64,000 bases of DNA from a phage, in sequence record PX915677.1. One strand, given 5' to 3'. The notes beneath the pieces are model-generated. The model saw only the letters and a program-made list of their open reading frames with translations. It searched no databases and was not told the DNA's origin. A program made the translations under genes and the position numbers. This document shows, piece after piece, positions 48,191-57,734 of this stretch; position 1 is the stretch's first letter, and every line of letters starts with the position of its first letter.

Positions 48191-48404
48191 GAGGTTCTAC
48201 CTTAATGCCTTTGATTTTTACATAATCAGCAAGCACGTTGTTGATCACTGTTGGGAAAGGAACCTCAACCTGTGTTTCAAGTACTTGACCAATACCAGCT
48301 TGCATCCACTTTTGGATTGCACGAAGGTTATCACATCCTGTGCTCGTCATCGGGATACGTCGAGTAGTTACAACGTTATCCAGCATCATCTTACGAATTT
48401 CCAT
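48171..48404 (-). CDS. hypothetical protein
   Basis: 77-aa ORF. Confidence 0.3.
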   Translation of the reverse strand: MEIRKMMLDNVVTTRRIPMTSTGCDNLRAIQKWMQAGIGQVLETQVEVPFPTVINNVLADYVKIKGIKVEPHVKSGS

Positions 48405-48406
48405 AC

Positions 48407-50437
48407 TTAACCTCTATTCAATGAACATTTAGGAGAATTACAATAAACTTGATTCATAGAACCAAGCGTACAACTTTCAGCATCGCGCCACGGAATCTGC
48501 TTAAAACACTCTGAGCAGTATCCGAGGGTTGACCACATGGCTTTGGTGAAGTCAGTGCTTCGGTTTCCGTCGAAGCTGACAACAGTTTTTCGGAGAGCTG
48601 TTCGTGATTCAGGAAACACACCTGCTTTCTCAGCAGGTTCCTCCTTTTTTGGCTTAGTTGAGATTGCAAAAATACTGTTGCTACGTTTCTCAACATAAGC
48701 ATCAACAACATCCTCCAGAGTGATGCCTGTCTGTTTCGCTGATGAAGGTAATATAGTCATACGACCAATCATTTCTTCAGTTACACGTAAAGCAAACTCG
48801 GGACGACGGGCGTTTGTTGTATCTGTTGCTTTAATCCATACATAACCATCTTTGATCGTAGCATTAGATACTTTCTTCTTTACTTCTACAGCGCAGACTT
48901 TACAGATATCTTCACCACGAAGACGACTAAGTTCATCATCGAACTCATTCTCTGTTTTAACTTCACCACAGATTTCACAAACACCAATAGGAGTTTCCTC
49001 CTCTTCTTCCTCTTTAGGTTTAGTCAAACCTTCCAGACATTCAGGATGCCAATAGCACTGATATGCGAAGACTGCTTTAGGTGCATCCTTCCAATCAATG
49101 TGTTTGTCACAACCACCACAATCACCATGAGAGTGTGCTTCCCAGAATTTACGAGTGATAGTAACGCCGTTCTTGTTGACGAAACTATCATTCATATCAA
49201 AAGGGATATCATCATCGAAGTCAGCAGTAGTTGACTCAGGCTCCTTTTTCTCCAGAGATGGGTCAACAAAACGACCTGCTGTGATCACTAAGCGAACCAT
49301 AGCATTAACTTCGGAGATGCAGGATACTGTCCCACGGTAAACAATTTTAGGGTCTTTCAGGGCATCCTGATAAGCCTTAATGTCTACGTTATGAACATCA
49401 CCTTCGATGTACTCTTGAGACTTCTCATCGTAGATATAACCAATCATCTTACCACGAGAAGGAACAGCACCAGCAGTTGCATAAGGAACAAACTCATGTG
49501 GTGTGATTTCCACAGTCATATCGCGGCGAATATCAATGTTTCGATCGCTTGCGATTTTGTTTTGACTTACCACTGCGTTTCTTCGACGAACGTCTGCCGC
49601 TGTCACTCCTGGCTTCGTGTCGTAAGGATTGCTTGTACTGCTTTTTGAGGAACTTTGATAGTTGCTTTGGCTGTAGTTGTTCGAGTAGTAACTGGCCCAA
49701 CGATTGACTACCGTAAAAACCGGAAGCTCGTGGGCGACCTCTTCAACCAGAGTCATACTGTTGTTTGACATATCAAAGATATATTCTGTACCAACTTTAC
49801 ATTCAAAATGCTCGTCAATACGATTCTTATGAGACTTAGAACGCTTCAGAATCCACATCAACATATCTTCTTCAGAAGCACCAAACCAATCTCTGTTACA
49901 ACGTGCGAGGTGGAATGGACGCTCTTCGTTACGGATGATATGAAGACGGTTATCAGAAGCATCATGCCAGATTAAAGTGAAAGCACCATCCAGCTTTTGA
50001 ATAGTCTCTGCTGCACCAATAGTGTTAATAGAGTGGCAGATGTTCTCACTGTCTACCTCGAAGTTTTTGCTGTCAGGTAACAGATCTTGGTCCATCAAGG
50101 TTCCGTTATGAACCAGAGTGATGTTACCATGTTGGAAAGGATGGGCGTTCTTGGCGTTAACTGCACCTTTCGTTGCATGACGGCTGTGACCAACAATCCA
50201 TGAAGGTGCTACAGTGTAAGCTGTTTCACCAGTGGTGTGCTTCTTGTACTCATCTTGTAGGATGAATGCGAAAGAAGGAAGAGCTTCTTTATAAGTGAAG
50301 ACTTCCTTAGTGCTTTTACGCTGACCAAAGATACCGGAGGAATGTTGTCCTCGGAATACTCCAGCATAAAAGAGTTGGTTAAATACGTCTAAATCAGTGC
50401 TTGACAGATTACCGCCAGCTAATACGATGCCACAAAT
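48407..50437 (-). CDS. class-II (Ntn) glutamine amidotransferase domain protein with Cys-rich C-terminal region; apparent ATT start
   Basis: Frame open from stop 50441-43; N-terminus ?CGIVLAGG, HSRHATKG and LVHNGTL motifs; no ATG/GTG/TTG before codon 114; SD aggtgg 8 nt upstream of ATT-TGT; multiple CxxC pairs C-terminally. Confidence 0.6.
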   Translation of the reverse strand: MCGIVLAGGNLSSTDLDVFNQLFYAGVFRGQHSSGIFGQRKSTKEVFTYKEALPSFAFILQDEYKKHTTGETAYTVAPSWIVGHSRHATKGAVNAKNAHPFQHGNITLVHNGTLMDQDLLPDSKNFEVDSENICHSINTIGAAETIQKLDGAFTLIWHDASDNRLHIIRNEERPFHLARCNRDWFGASEEDMLMWILKRSKSHKNRIDEHFECKVGTEYIFDMSNNSMTLVEEVAHELPVFTVVNRWASYYSNNYSQSNYQSSSKSSTSNPYDTKPGVTAADVRRRNAVVSQNKIASDRNIDIRRDMTVEITPHEFVPYATAGAVPSRGKMIGYIYDEKSQEYIEGDVHNVDIKAYQDALKDPKIVYRGTVSCISEVNAMVRLVITAGRFVDPSLEKKEPESTTADFDDDIPFDMNDSFVNKNGVTITRKFWEAHSHGDCGGCDKHIDWKDAPKAVFAYQCYWHPECLEGLTKPKEEEEEETPIGVCEICGEVKTENEFDDELSRLRGEDICKVCAVEVKKKVSNATIKDGYVWIKATDTTNARRPEFALRVTEEMIGRMTILPSSAKQTGITLEDVVDAYVEKRSNSIFAISTKPKKEEPAEKAGVFPESRTALRKTVVSFDGNRSTDFTKAMWSTLGYCSECFKQIPWRDAESCTLGSMNQVYCNSPKCSLNRG

Positions 50438-50516
50438 TTTCTAATCCACCTGAAGGGTAAACCCTTTCATCTAATTAACCTTTAAATTGTGCCCCTTTAT
50501 CAGAGGCACCCATTGA

Positions 50517-51620
50517 TTACAGCGCTTGCTCTAACTGATTTTCCAGATGGTCTGGAATGTACCCTGTGATATTGCTATCACTGTGACCTGACTCACGTAG
50601 TAAGTCAAAAATAGCACGGATACGCTGTTCTGGAGCGTGTCTTACTTGAGATAGGTCTGCTGTACGAAGCATAACCAGAATCTCTTGGTACAAATTGTTA
50701 GCGTTCCCTCGGACATATCCAAGGAATCCGTAGAAGTCTGACATATGACGTAAGTCAACAAGAACATCTCCGTTGGAGTTAGTTCTACGTAAACGAATAC
50801 GACCAGACTGTTCTACTTCATGAGAACGGCAATACAAAACATCACGGGCCATACAATACCCTGAATGCAAATCAGATTCATCCAGATTGTAATCCAGAGG
50901 AAGATAAGGAAGCATTGGGGCGAATCGTACAGTATTTAAATGCTCAACAAACTGATCGTTGCTCATATCTGCGTTATCTAAAGCCAGCTTCTTCAACATC
51001 AAGAAGCGGTTAACCAGATTGAGAAGTTGACCACGTTTCCACTTAGGCTCGCTGATACGGAACTCAATCGAACCGTATTGGGCAAGTGGCAGAAGGTTCA
51101 GGGATGTATACTTATCCCATGAACGAACCAGACGGTTGAAGAACTCTTCACCATCGTAGTTAAATGCGTCAGAGGCATTCATTACCTGTGCTTGTACCAC
51201 TGCAAACGCAGGGCAGAAATTGCTACGGTAACGATGGTAGCCTGAGCACTTGAACAACATCTTTTCGTAGAAGGTCCAAGCGAGAATGGTTTTCTTGAGG
51301 ATATTACTATCAGCATCCCTCATATCCATATGAACGTGAGTAGAGCAACGCCAAGTCCCCTCGGCGTGCGATTCAGCTACTGCTTCACTCAGGTTGTTGA
51401 TAGCGTCTAACAACTCCTGTCCGTTGTAAGGTCGTGAACATACCATTTCACAACCGTTACGCAGGGAACCATCCTCTGTACAATCCCACATATCTGCTTC
51501 GATATGATCGGAACCTTCGAGTTCAAGTTCAATACCGACACCGCACTGAAGTGCAATTGAACTATGCGCCTCAGTTAAACGACCTTCTCGATATCCAAAA
51601 GTTTGCGCTACAGTTGTCAT
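50517..51620 (-). CDS. glutamine-synthetase-like amidoligase (carboxylate-amine ligase)
   Basis: GIELELEG, GSLRNG and GSIEFR motifs. Confidence 0.5.
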   Translation of the reverse strand: MTTVAQTFGYREGRLTEAHSSIALQCGVGIELELEGSDHIEADMWDCTEDGSLRNGCEMVCSRPYNGQELLDAINNLSEAVAESHAEGTWRCSTHVHMDMRDADSNILKKTILAWTFYEKMLFKCSGYHRYRSNFCPAFAVVQAQVMNASDAFNYDGEEFFNRLVRSWDKYTSLNLLPLAQYGSIEFRISEPKWKRGQLLNLVNRFLMLKKLALDNADMSNDQFVEHLNTVRFAPMLPYLPLDYNLDESDLHSGYCMARDVLYCRSHEVEQSGRIRLRRTNSNGDVLVDLRHMSDFYGFLGYVRGNANNLYQEILVMLRTADLSQVRHAPEQRIRAIFDLLRESGHSDSNITGYIPDHLENQLEQAL

Positions 51621-52234
51621 AACGAATCCACCAACGTAATATTATAATTGCTAAGGTTTTCAGAGATGTGATGAAAATGCTCCAGAAGTCGCATCGGTTG
51701 TTGACCGTAAGAGTCACGAGGTGCTTCCAGATCTACTTGTCCCACCAGTGCACCTTTATAATGCACTTTACCATCTGTAGGATTGATGTAAATATAACGA
51801 GTAACCAATCCATCAAATTCAGGATTGAACAGACTGTAAACCATTTCACCAGAGATCGAACGACCAATTCCCGGAGCGTTTCGAATCTTGTTACCCATCA
51901 AACCCTTCGCTCTCTGACGAACAGGGTTGATATGAGTCCAGCTTACAGTGTTACCGTTATGGAACAGATAACCAACATCAGGTGATTCGAGAATCAAGGT
52001 TGGGTCGAACACTGGAATATTCATCGTAGTGTTTCGGAGATTCCCATGCTCGTTCTTGTACCACTGCTCTACAACAAAATACAGAGCCTGTTCTGCTTCA
52101 TGCGAGAAGTCATCGCTGCGGAAGTTACCGCTCTGCTCAACACCAATCACAAAACACGGAAGGTTGATATTGCCTGCTCGTTTAGCAATCCATGTACCAT
52201 TATAGTAATGAGAAAAATCAGCTACTAAGCTCAC
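51617..52234 (-). CDS. hypothetical protein (ligase operon)
   Basis: 205-aa ORF coupled to flanking genes. Confidence 0.4.
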   Translation of the reverse strand: MSLVADFSHYYNGTWIAKRAGNINLPCFVIGVEQSGNFRSDDFSHEAEQALYFVVEQWYKNEHGNLRNTTMNIPVFDPTLILESPDVGYLFHNGNTVSWTHINPVRQRAKGLMGNKIRNAPGIGRSISGEMVYSLFNPEFDGLVTRYIYINPTDGKVHYKGALVGQVDLEAPRDSYGQQPMRLLEHFHHISENLSNYNITLVDSL

Positions 52235-52243
52235 GATAACCTC

Positions 52244-53050
52244 TTATGCTACCTGAAGGAGTTTGATCTGCTGGTCAGCTTCTTTAACGTTGTTCCCGTT
52301 AATGATTTCATGAAGCTTCTCAATCGGAAGGCGAGAGTGCAATGCCATCAGGGTGGACATATCACACTGCTGAACAACCTTGTCAACCTGATCGTAAACA
52401 AACTTACGGTTTTCACGATCACTAATCCAGAAGTTAGACAGAGAACGGTATTCAATACCATAGTCTTTATAACGGATTGCAGATGCTTTACCGTAGAGTT
52501 CTTTACGGCGAGTATCTTTGTCCATAATTACTGCTGGGAGAGACAGGAAGTAGTCACACAACACACCCAGCATCATCTGAGTTTGCAGAGTGATATCCAA
52601 AGCACCAACTACGCCAAGATGTACGTGACCACCGGCAGTACGAAGTCCCTTATTCTGAGAAGTCGGGGATGGGTTTTTCTGACCAGTGAAGGCGTTGAAA
52701 TCAGGAGTGCACCCGAAGATGAACGCTGATTCGTTAAAGGTCTTCATCTCTTCTTCAGTGAAGATGTGAGAGCTAACACCCGGAGCTGTTTCCATGTCCA
52801 GTTTGTTCAGGACATTATTGGTGAGATCAATACCACGTTGCATGTTATCGTTAAACGCTTCAAAACCGCTCTGTGGGTCAATATCAAACTCAGCCAGTAC
52901 GTTGTCCTCTTGGAGACGAACATCCTTAGCCAGAGCGATCTTATCGTCCTTAGAGCAGCCTAATAAACCGGCTACAGAAGTGATGATACCATTGCTAGTA
53001 CGAACGAACATTTCAGGGTCAGAGCCGATGAGGAATTTGCGCTTAGTCAT
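52244..53050 (-). CDS. amidoligase-like protein, paralog
   Basis: IGSDPE, GGHVHLG and GIEYR motifs parallel to 50517..51620. Confidence 0.4.
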   Translation of the reverse strand: MTKRKFLIGSDPEMFVRTSNGIITSVAGLLGCSKDDKIALAKDVRLQEDNVLAEFDIDPQSGFEAFNDNMQRGIDLTNNVLNKLDMETAPGVSSHIFTEEEMKTFNESAFIFGCTPDFNAFTGQKNPSPTSQNKGLRTAGGHVHLGVVGALDITLQTQMMLGVLCDYFLSLPAVIMDKDTRRKELYGKASAIRYKDYGIEYRSLSNFWISDRENRKFVYDQVDKVVQQCDMSTLMALHSRLPIEKLHEIINGNNVKEADQQIKLLQVA

Positions 53051-54014
53051 TGTAATACTCCACTAGTTCAGAAAAGAGAGATGAGATTGTGTTACCAACT
53101 TCTTCAAGAGTAAGACCGGAATCTGCTCCAGTTCTTTGAATCAGTCGGGATGTAAAGTTTTGTACTGTAATGTTTCCCAACTTGTCGTCTATTGATTCAC
53201 GTTTGTGACCATAGCAGTTGGACCAGAGTCTTAACCACTCTGACATTGTTTCATACTCGTCCGGGTCTTGATCTTTAGCACGAGCAAATCTTCGTAAGGC
53301 ATCTTGGTTATGGTTACGAACATAACCATTCTCGTTGTCGCCAACACCGAAGGGGTTTTGAACCCATACTTGCTTCGTATATTCATCAGAGTCTACAACC
53401 AAAGGAAGGAAAGCTGCTGCTGACATATTGTTGTTAATAACAATAGAGGTGCTCTCGCTACTCCCATTGGCTCTTCCTCGTTGAGACCACCCACCGAAGA
53501 AGTCACGACCCAACCCAGCTAACACTAGAGCGATGCCGATGCGTTTACGCTTCAGCCACTCTTCCCTGTCTTCAATTCCTTCTGCTAGGAAATCCATTCC
53601 ACGATATTGCCCTTCCAGAATACTACGGAAGAGCATAAGTCCTGTGAAGATCTGATCTGCTGGATGCTCACGAAGATTGACAGCAACACTGTTCGCTGAA
53701 GTGATAGTAAATACATCACGATAGCAAGACATAGAATTCATAATGTCTGCTGTTTCAATCAAGTTCTTTTCAATATCAGATGGAACATGACCATGAAAAG
53801 AGTGGGTCCAGTAATTCAACATCTCCAATTGCAAGTTAATGTCACGGTTGAAGCGTTTATGGCGCCCATCTTCCATTACACATTCGTCATTAACATCATA
53901 TACGACTTGACCTTGCATGTAGTTGTGGATACCGAAGCACCCACGACCTAAGAACTTCTGTTCCCCTAAATCCTGTTGAAGATTAAGAGGTACGATCGTT
54001 GTGGAGATTGACAT
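53043..54014 (-). CDS. hypothetical protein (ligase operon)
   Basis: 323-aa ORF. Confidence 0.4.
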   Translation of the reverse strand: MSISTTIVPLNLQQDLGEQKFLGRGCFGIHNYMQGQVVYDVNDECVMEDGRHKRFNRDINLQLEMLNYWTHSFHGHVPSDIEKNLIETADIMNSMSCYRDVFTITSANSVAVNLREHPADQIFTGLMLFRSILEGQYRGMDFLAEGIEDREEWLKRKRIGIALVLAGLGRDFFGGWSQRGRANGSSESTSIVINNNMSAAAFLPLVVDSDEYTKQVWVQNPFGVGDNENGYVRNHNQDALRRFARAKDQDPDEYETMSEWLRLWSNCYGHKRESIDDKLGNITVQNFTSRLIQRTGADSGLTLEEVGNTISSLFSELVEYYND

Positions 54015-54024
54015 AACTAACCTT

Positions 54025-55224
54025 TTATTTTCCTAAAAATAATCCGCTCATAATACCATCCCACTCAGAGGACGGAATCACTGAATACTCCGAACTTTGG
54101 TCCAGAGTTCCACTACTAAATCGCTGAATGATGTTGTAGATGTTGAACAGGTCTTTAGCCTCGGCACGAATGCCGTAGATTAACCTGTTAGCTGTTTTCT
54201 CATTTTTAGACACGCGACGGGTAAAGTTAACCAAAAGATTATCACCTTTAAGTGTCTCTGACCCGTCTTTTACTAGATCGGGGTGCATCACTGGCAAGAA
54301 CATTGAGTTGTTAACTCGCAATTCTGCTGTTTCGTCGTTCTCATAATGAATCCACTTAAAGTCTTCATCACGGAAGTGACCGCATCCATCTCTGTATGAC
54401 TGTTGACGCCAAGGAACTTGAAATGCTTCAGCGTATTTATCAGCCATGCCGACTGTAAACAACGACGCTGGGAAGATACAAGCATCCCAATCATTACCAA
54501 CCAGAGTTGCTTTCGTTTCACCTAAGAGGTTAGTGTAAGTGCTAACCATTCGGGAATAAACGTAAGCCTGAAGGATTGTCCAGCCTTCAACCAACCATTT
54601 ATGGAGGAAGGTTTCAACTTGACTCTCTTCATCTTCACAATAGAAGGTTCGGTCTAACATCAAATAGAACAGACAACGATCAGCAGGGATGTTCTCAGTT
54701 GCTACCCCCATAAAACCTTTATCGTGCCAGCGTAAACAGGAGGGACGATCTTTGTCCACAAATGCTTCCATAGCTTCCAGTACAGCACGAGGTGTGGTTC
54801 GATGTTCAGGGTTTTTGTCGTTCCAACGTTCGATGTTATTCTTGGGAGGTGTGTCTTCATCTTCATACGAACACCAACTTAAAGCTTCAGCTACATGCTT
54901 TTCATCACGCCAACGTCTAAAACCTAACATCTTCATATGAGTTCCAGAGTTCCAGATATGCTTGATTTTACACATATCCATCTCTCGGCTTAACAAGAAC
55001 TCTTCTCCGTCAGCGCTACGAACGTTGGCTTCTTCATGCCACACTCGAACGTGCATATTCCATCCATGAGTTGCCTCATACATGTTAGGGTCGAAGTAGT
55101 CATCATCTTCGTCATCGTTTTCATCAACGCCACCATTATAGTTGCGAAGTTGAAGGAATCCATAACAAGGAGGACTAACCGTTAAAACATTACCTTCAGT
55201 ATCTTCTAATGTTACTGGAAACAT
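54025..55224 (-). CDS. hypothetical protein (ligase operon)
   Basis: 399-aa ORF, acidic DENDDEDDD segment. Confidence 0.4.
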   Translation of the reverse strand: MFPVTLEDTEGNVLTVSPPCYGFLQLRNYNGGVDENDDEDDDYFDPNMYEATHGWNMHVRVWHEEANVRSADGEEFLLSREMDMCKIKHIWNSGTHMKMLGFRRWRDEKHVAEALSWCSYEDEDTPPKNNIERWNDKNPEHRTTPRAVLEAMEAFVDKDRPSCLRWHDKGFMGVATENIPADRCLFYLMLDRTFYCEDEESQVETFLHKWLVEGWTILQAYVYSRMVSTYTNLLGETKATLVGNDWDACIFPASLFTVGMADKYAEAFQVPWRQQSYRDGCGHFRDEDFKWIHYENDETAELRVNNSMFLPVMHPDLVKDGSETLKGDNLLVNFTRRVSKNEKTANRLIYGIRAEAKDLFNIYNIIQRFSSGTLDQSSEYSVIPSSEWDGIMSGLFLGK

Positions 55225-55235
55225 TATACCAACCT

Positions 55236-55598
55236 CTATTGGTTTTTAATCAACTCGATCGATTTACGGATATAAAGAATATCTCGGAAGTTTCGATAGT
55301 TGTTCATAAATTGATGCTTCTGGAAAGTAGCTTCTTCCAGAGCTTTCTTTGCGTCTGCGTAGCTTTTACGGGCAAGATGTACAACCCGTTCTGGTAACAT
55401 GTTTGCATGACGGATGACATACTTGTGAGCTTTCATGTTGCTTTGCTCACGAGCAATCTTACTTTTAGCAACTTTGATACCATTTGCAATCCAAGCAAGT
55501 TCTTGCTCAAGCTCATCGTTGGACATTCCACCGAGGTTTGATGCAACCTTGTTCAGAGTTTCAATATTAACGTTGCCCTTGATGGGACGTGTATTCAT
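55236..55598 (-). CDS. hypothetical protein
   Basis: 120-aa ORF. Confidence 0.4.
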   Translation of the reverse strand: MNTRPIKGNVNIETLNKVASNLGGMSNDELEQELAWIANGIKVAKSKIAREQSNMKAHKYVIRHANMLPERVVHLARKSYADAKKALEEATFQKHQFMNNYRNFRDILYIRKSIELIKNQ

Positions 55599-55600
55599 AC

Positions 55601-55753
55601 TTACTCCTGTTGTTTACACTCGTCAATAACCCACTGATAAGTGGATTGCCCAGAAAAGAAACACTGAATAAATCCAGATGTTCTCTGCGTTACCAGTGCT
55701 AGTGCACAAATCACTACCGCTGCTGCTAGCAGTTTTAAATCTAATTTAGACAT
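55601..55753 (-). CDS. small membrane protein (50 aa)
   Basis: MSKLDLKLLAAAVVICALALV...; SD gagg; not in ORF track. Confidence 0.3.
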   Translation of the reverse strand: MSKLDLKLLAAAVVICALALVTQRTSGFIQCFFSGQSTYQWVIDECKQQE

Positions 55754-55772
55754 ATTTCCTCTCGTTGAATTT

Positions 55773-55797
55773 AAAAAAGGACTCTCCGAAAAGAGTC
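55773..55797 (-). terminator. terminator-like hairpin (minus strand)
   Basis: gactct/agagtc stem followed by U6 on minus strand. Confidence 0.3.
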
Positions 55798-55952
55798 AAG
55801 CTTTAAATACAAAAAGATATTACCCAATATCTGTGGATAACCTGCTCTTAAAATATCTATCCGACGGATGTTCGAGGAATGTTCCTCTCCCTAGCATCGG
55901 CCCCATACGGGAAATATATTAAGATTAGGTTAGTTGAGTCAGAATAACTCAC

Positions 55953-55974
55953 ATAGCCCTCCGAAGAAGGCTAT
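55953..55974 (-). other. conserved stable hairpin element (copy 1)
   Basis: Minus-strand RNA AUAGCCUUC-UUCG-GAGGGCUAU just after a stop codon; shares the 13-mer CTCACATAGCCCT (plus) with 61132-61144. Confidence 0.4.
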
Positions 55975-55988
55975 AGGCGTTACTACAA

Positions 55989-56204
55989 CTAAAAGTCACT
56001 TGATTCTACAAAAGCATCACTAAGGATTTCGTCAATTTCTTTGTTAGTCAAATCTTTCCTGAACCAACAACAAGGTACATCCACCCATTGACCAGAGTTG
56101 TTTTCTACAGAGCATCTATTGCCTGTCTTACTCTTGCACTTATAGGTTTTACCTTTGTCTAGACGATAATGTATTCTGTGAACGATCGACACAAGCGTTA
56201 TCAT
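55989..56204 (-). CDS. hypothetical protein
   Basis: 71-aa ORF. Confidence 0.35.
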   Translation of the reverse strand: MITLVSIVHRIHYRLDKGKTYKCKSKTGNRCSVENNSGQWVDVPCCWFRKDLTNKEIDEILSDAFVESSDF

Positions 56205-56437
56205 TACTCGCCTTTCTTAGCACGATCTTTGGCAGTTTTGCCAGTGCGGATGCGATGAGAAACGTTAACCAGAGTGCCACCATCAACTACGGTAACGCTC
56301 TTGTTTTTAGCCAGATCGAACACAGTTTTCTCTGTGCCACCCAAGCGAATTTGCTTAGGCTCACTGAAGGTTTGGGTTGATTTGGATTGGAACTGGAACG
56401 GTTGACGGATTGCATCGATTGCGCTTACTTTAGACAT
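56204..56437 (-). CDS. hypothetical protein
   Basis: 77-aa ORF. Confidence 0.35.
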   Translation of the reverse strand: MSKVSAIDAIRQPFQFQSKSTQTFSEPKQIRLGGTEKTVFDLAKNKSVTVVDGGTLVNVSHRIRTGKTAKDRAKKGE

Positions 56438-56669
56438 AGGGGAAATTCCTTAAAAAGTCATGGCTGCGTAGAGGGAATTCCCTACGCAAATTGGGCCGCC
56501 CACAGAGAGGCGTCATAGTACTAAAAGGAGGAGAGAAGAGGGCTTATTTAGCTACCTTTTTCTGTCCGTTTACGAACCAGATAATCGAACCATCAGGCTG
56601 TCGTTGACCGAAGCCTTTCTGGTTAATCATATCGTCATAAGAATATGCTTTACGTCTCATTTGTTTTAC

Positions 56670-56918
56670 CTACGAAGTTAAGATGATTTCAGCCTTAACA
56701 TATTTCTCACCAACAACCATATCACCAGAGATGACACGTAGTTCTCCAGTGCCTAGGTTAACAGCTCCAGCAGGTTGGCAACCTCTGCTCTTAGCTGTCA
56801 GCATATAAATCTTTTGAAGATGGCACTCTTGGAGAGTGAACACATCTGACATGTTTAGATCTTTAACACGGAGGACTGTTTCCTCTTTGCTCTTAACTTT
56901 AATATGTATTGTGCTCAT
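56670..56918 (-). CDS. small protein, expanded paralog family
   Basis: Family pattern L..L..G.vF...Y.....NL..G. Confidence 0.4.
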   Translation of the reverse strand: MSTIHIKVKSKEETVLRVKDLNMSDVFTLQECHLQKIYMLTAKSRGCQPAGAVNLGTGELRVISGDMVVGEKYVKAEIILTS

Positions 56919-56920
56919 GC

Positions 56921-57166
56921 CTACTCCTGAACCACTGACATACGAATCATTTCTACCTGATCATCAAGACCTTTAACAGATAGCACACCTGTGGAAAGGT
57001 TTACCACAGGAACCCAACCACTGGCTATACGGATGTTACCAGAAGCATTTTCAACCCTCATATAATATTGAGGAGAAGCACTTCCGTTCTGAACTACGAA
57101 TGGGTTTCCGGGAATGATTGTTTCCAATCGAACCGTATTATCCTTTTTCTTTGGGATGATTTTCAT
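56921..57166 (-). CDS. small protein, expanded paralog family
   Basis: MKIIPKKKDNTVRLETIIPGNPFVV... Confidence 0.4.
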   Translation of the reverse strand: MKIIPKKKDNTVRLETIIPGNPFVVQNGSASPQYYMRVENASGNIRIASGWVPVVNLSTGVLSVKGLDDQVEMIRMSVVQE

Positions 57167-57414
57167 TATGTATTATCCACCAAAAGTTCTGCCGATACAG
57201 GGACAACTCGGCACCAGATAGAAGGGGCTGTTACGTTACCATCAGATAGACGAAGAGTGATTGCTCGATCGGAGTTAACGGTTACATTAGGACTTTCAGA
57301 CACAGACCCTTTGACATAGAGAGTAGAACTCTCAGGGAATTTAAATACTGCTCCACTAGGAAGAGAGTTGATATCAACCGTGGACACTTCTTCTTTCTTG
57401 TGAGTAATCTTCAT
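57166..57414 (-). CDS. small protein, expanded paralog family
   Basis: MKITHKKEEVSTVDINSLPSGAVFKF... Confidence 0.4.
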   Translation of the reverse strand: MKITHKKEEVSTVDINSLPSGAVFKFPESSTLYVKGSVSESPNVTVNSDRAITLRLSDGNVTAPSIWCRVVPVSAELLVDNT

Positions 57415-57422
57415 ATTGATTC

Positions 57423-57734
57423 CTATTTAAGTTTGAGGCTAATATTAAGGTGCATACATGCCCTGTTCTGTACAGCAGCATAACTTCTACCAAGCATGTC
57501 AGCCATTCTCTGAATAGACATAAACCCGGCATTACGGATAAGGAACTGATCTTCTTCTTTAGACCACTTGACTCGGATTGAAGCTCTTGATATTCCGAAT
57601 TTAGTGCAAGCTGTGTTAACAGCATTCTCCGTTACATTCATAATCTGAGCAACTTCTTGAACCGAGTACTCTTTGATCAGTCTCCGAAGATTTTCAATCT
57701 GCATCGGAGTCCATATAGTTCTTCGTGCTTTCAT
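57423..57734 (-). CDS. HTH DNA-binding protein (putative transcription regulator)
   Basis: Two helix-turn-helix-like repeats (QIENLRRLIKEYSVQEVAQIMNVTENAV / EEDQFLIRNAGFMSIQRMADMLGRSYAAV). Confidence 0.4.
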   Translation of the reverse strand: MKARRTIWTPMQIENLRRLIKEYSVQEVAQIMNVTENAVNTACTKFGISRASIRVKWSKEEDQFLIRNAGFMSIQRMADMLGRSYAAVQNRACMHLNISLKLK

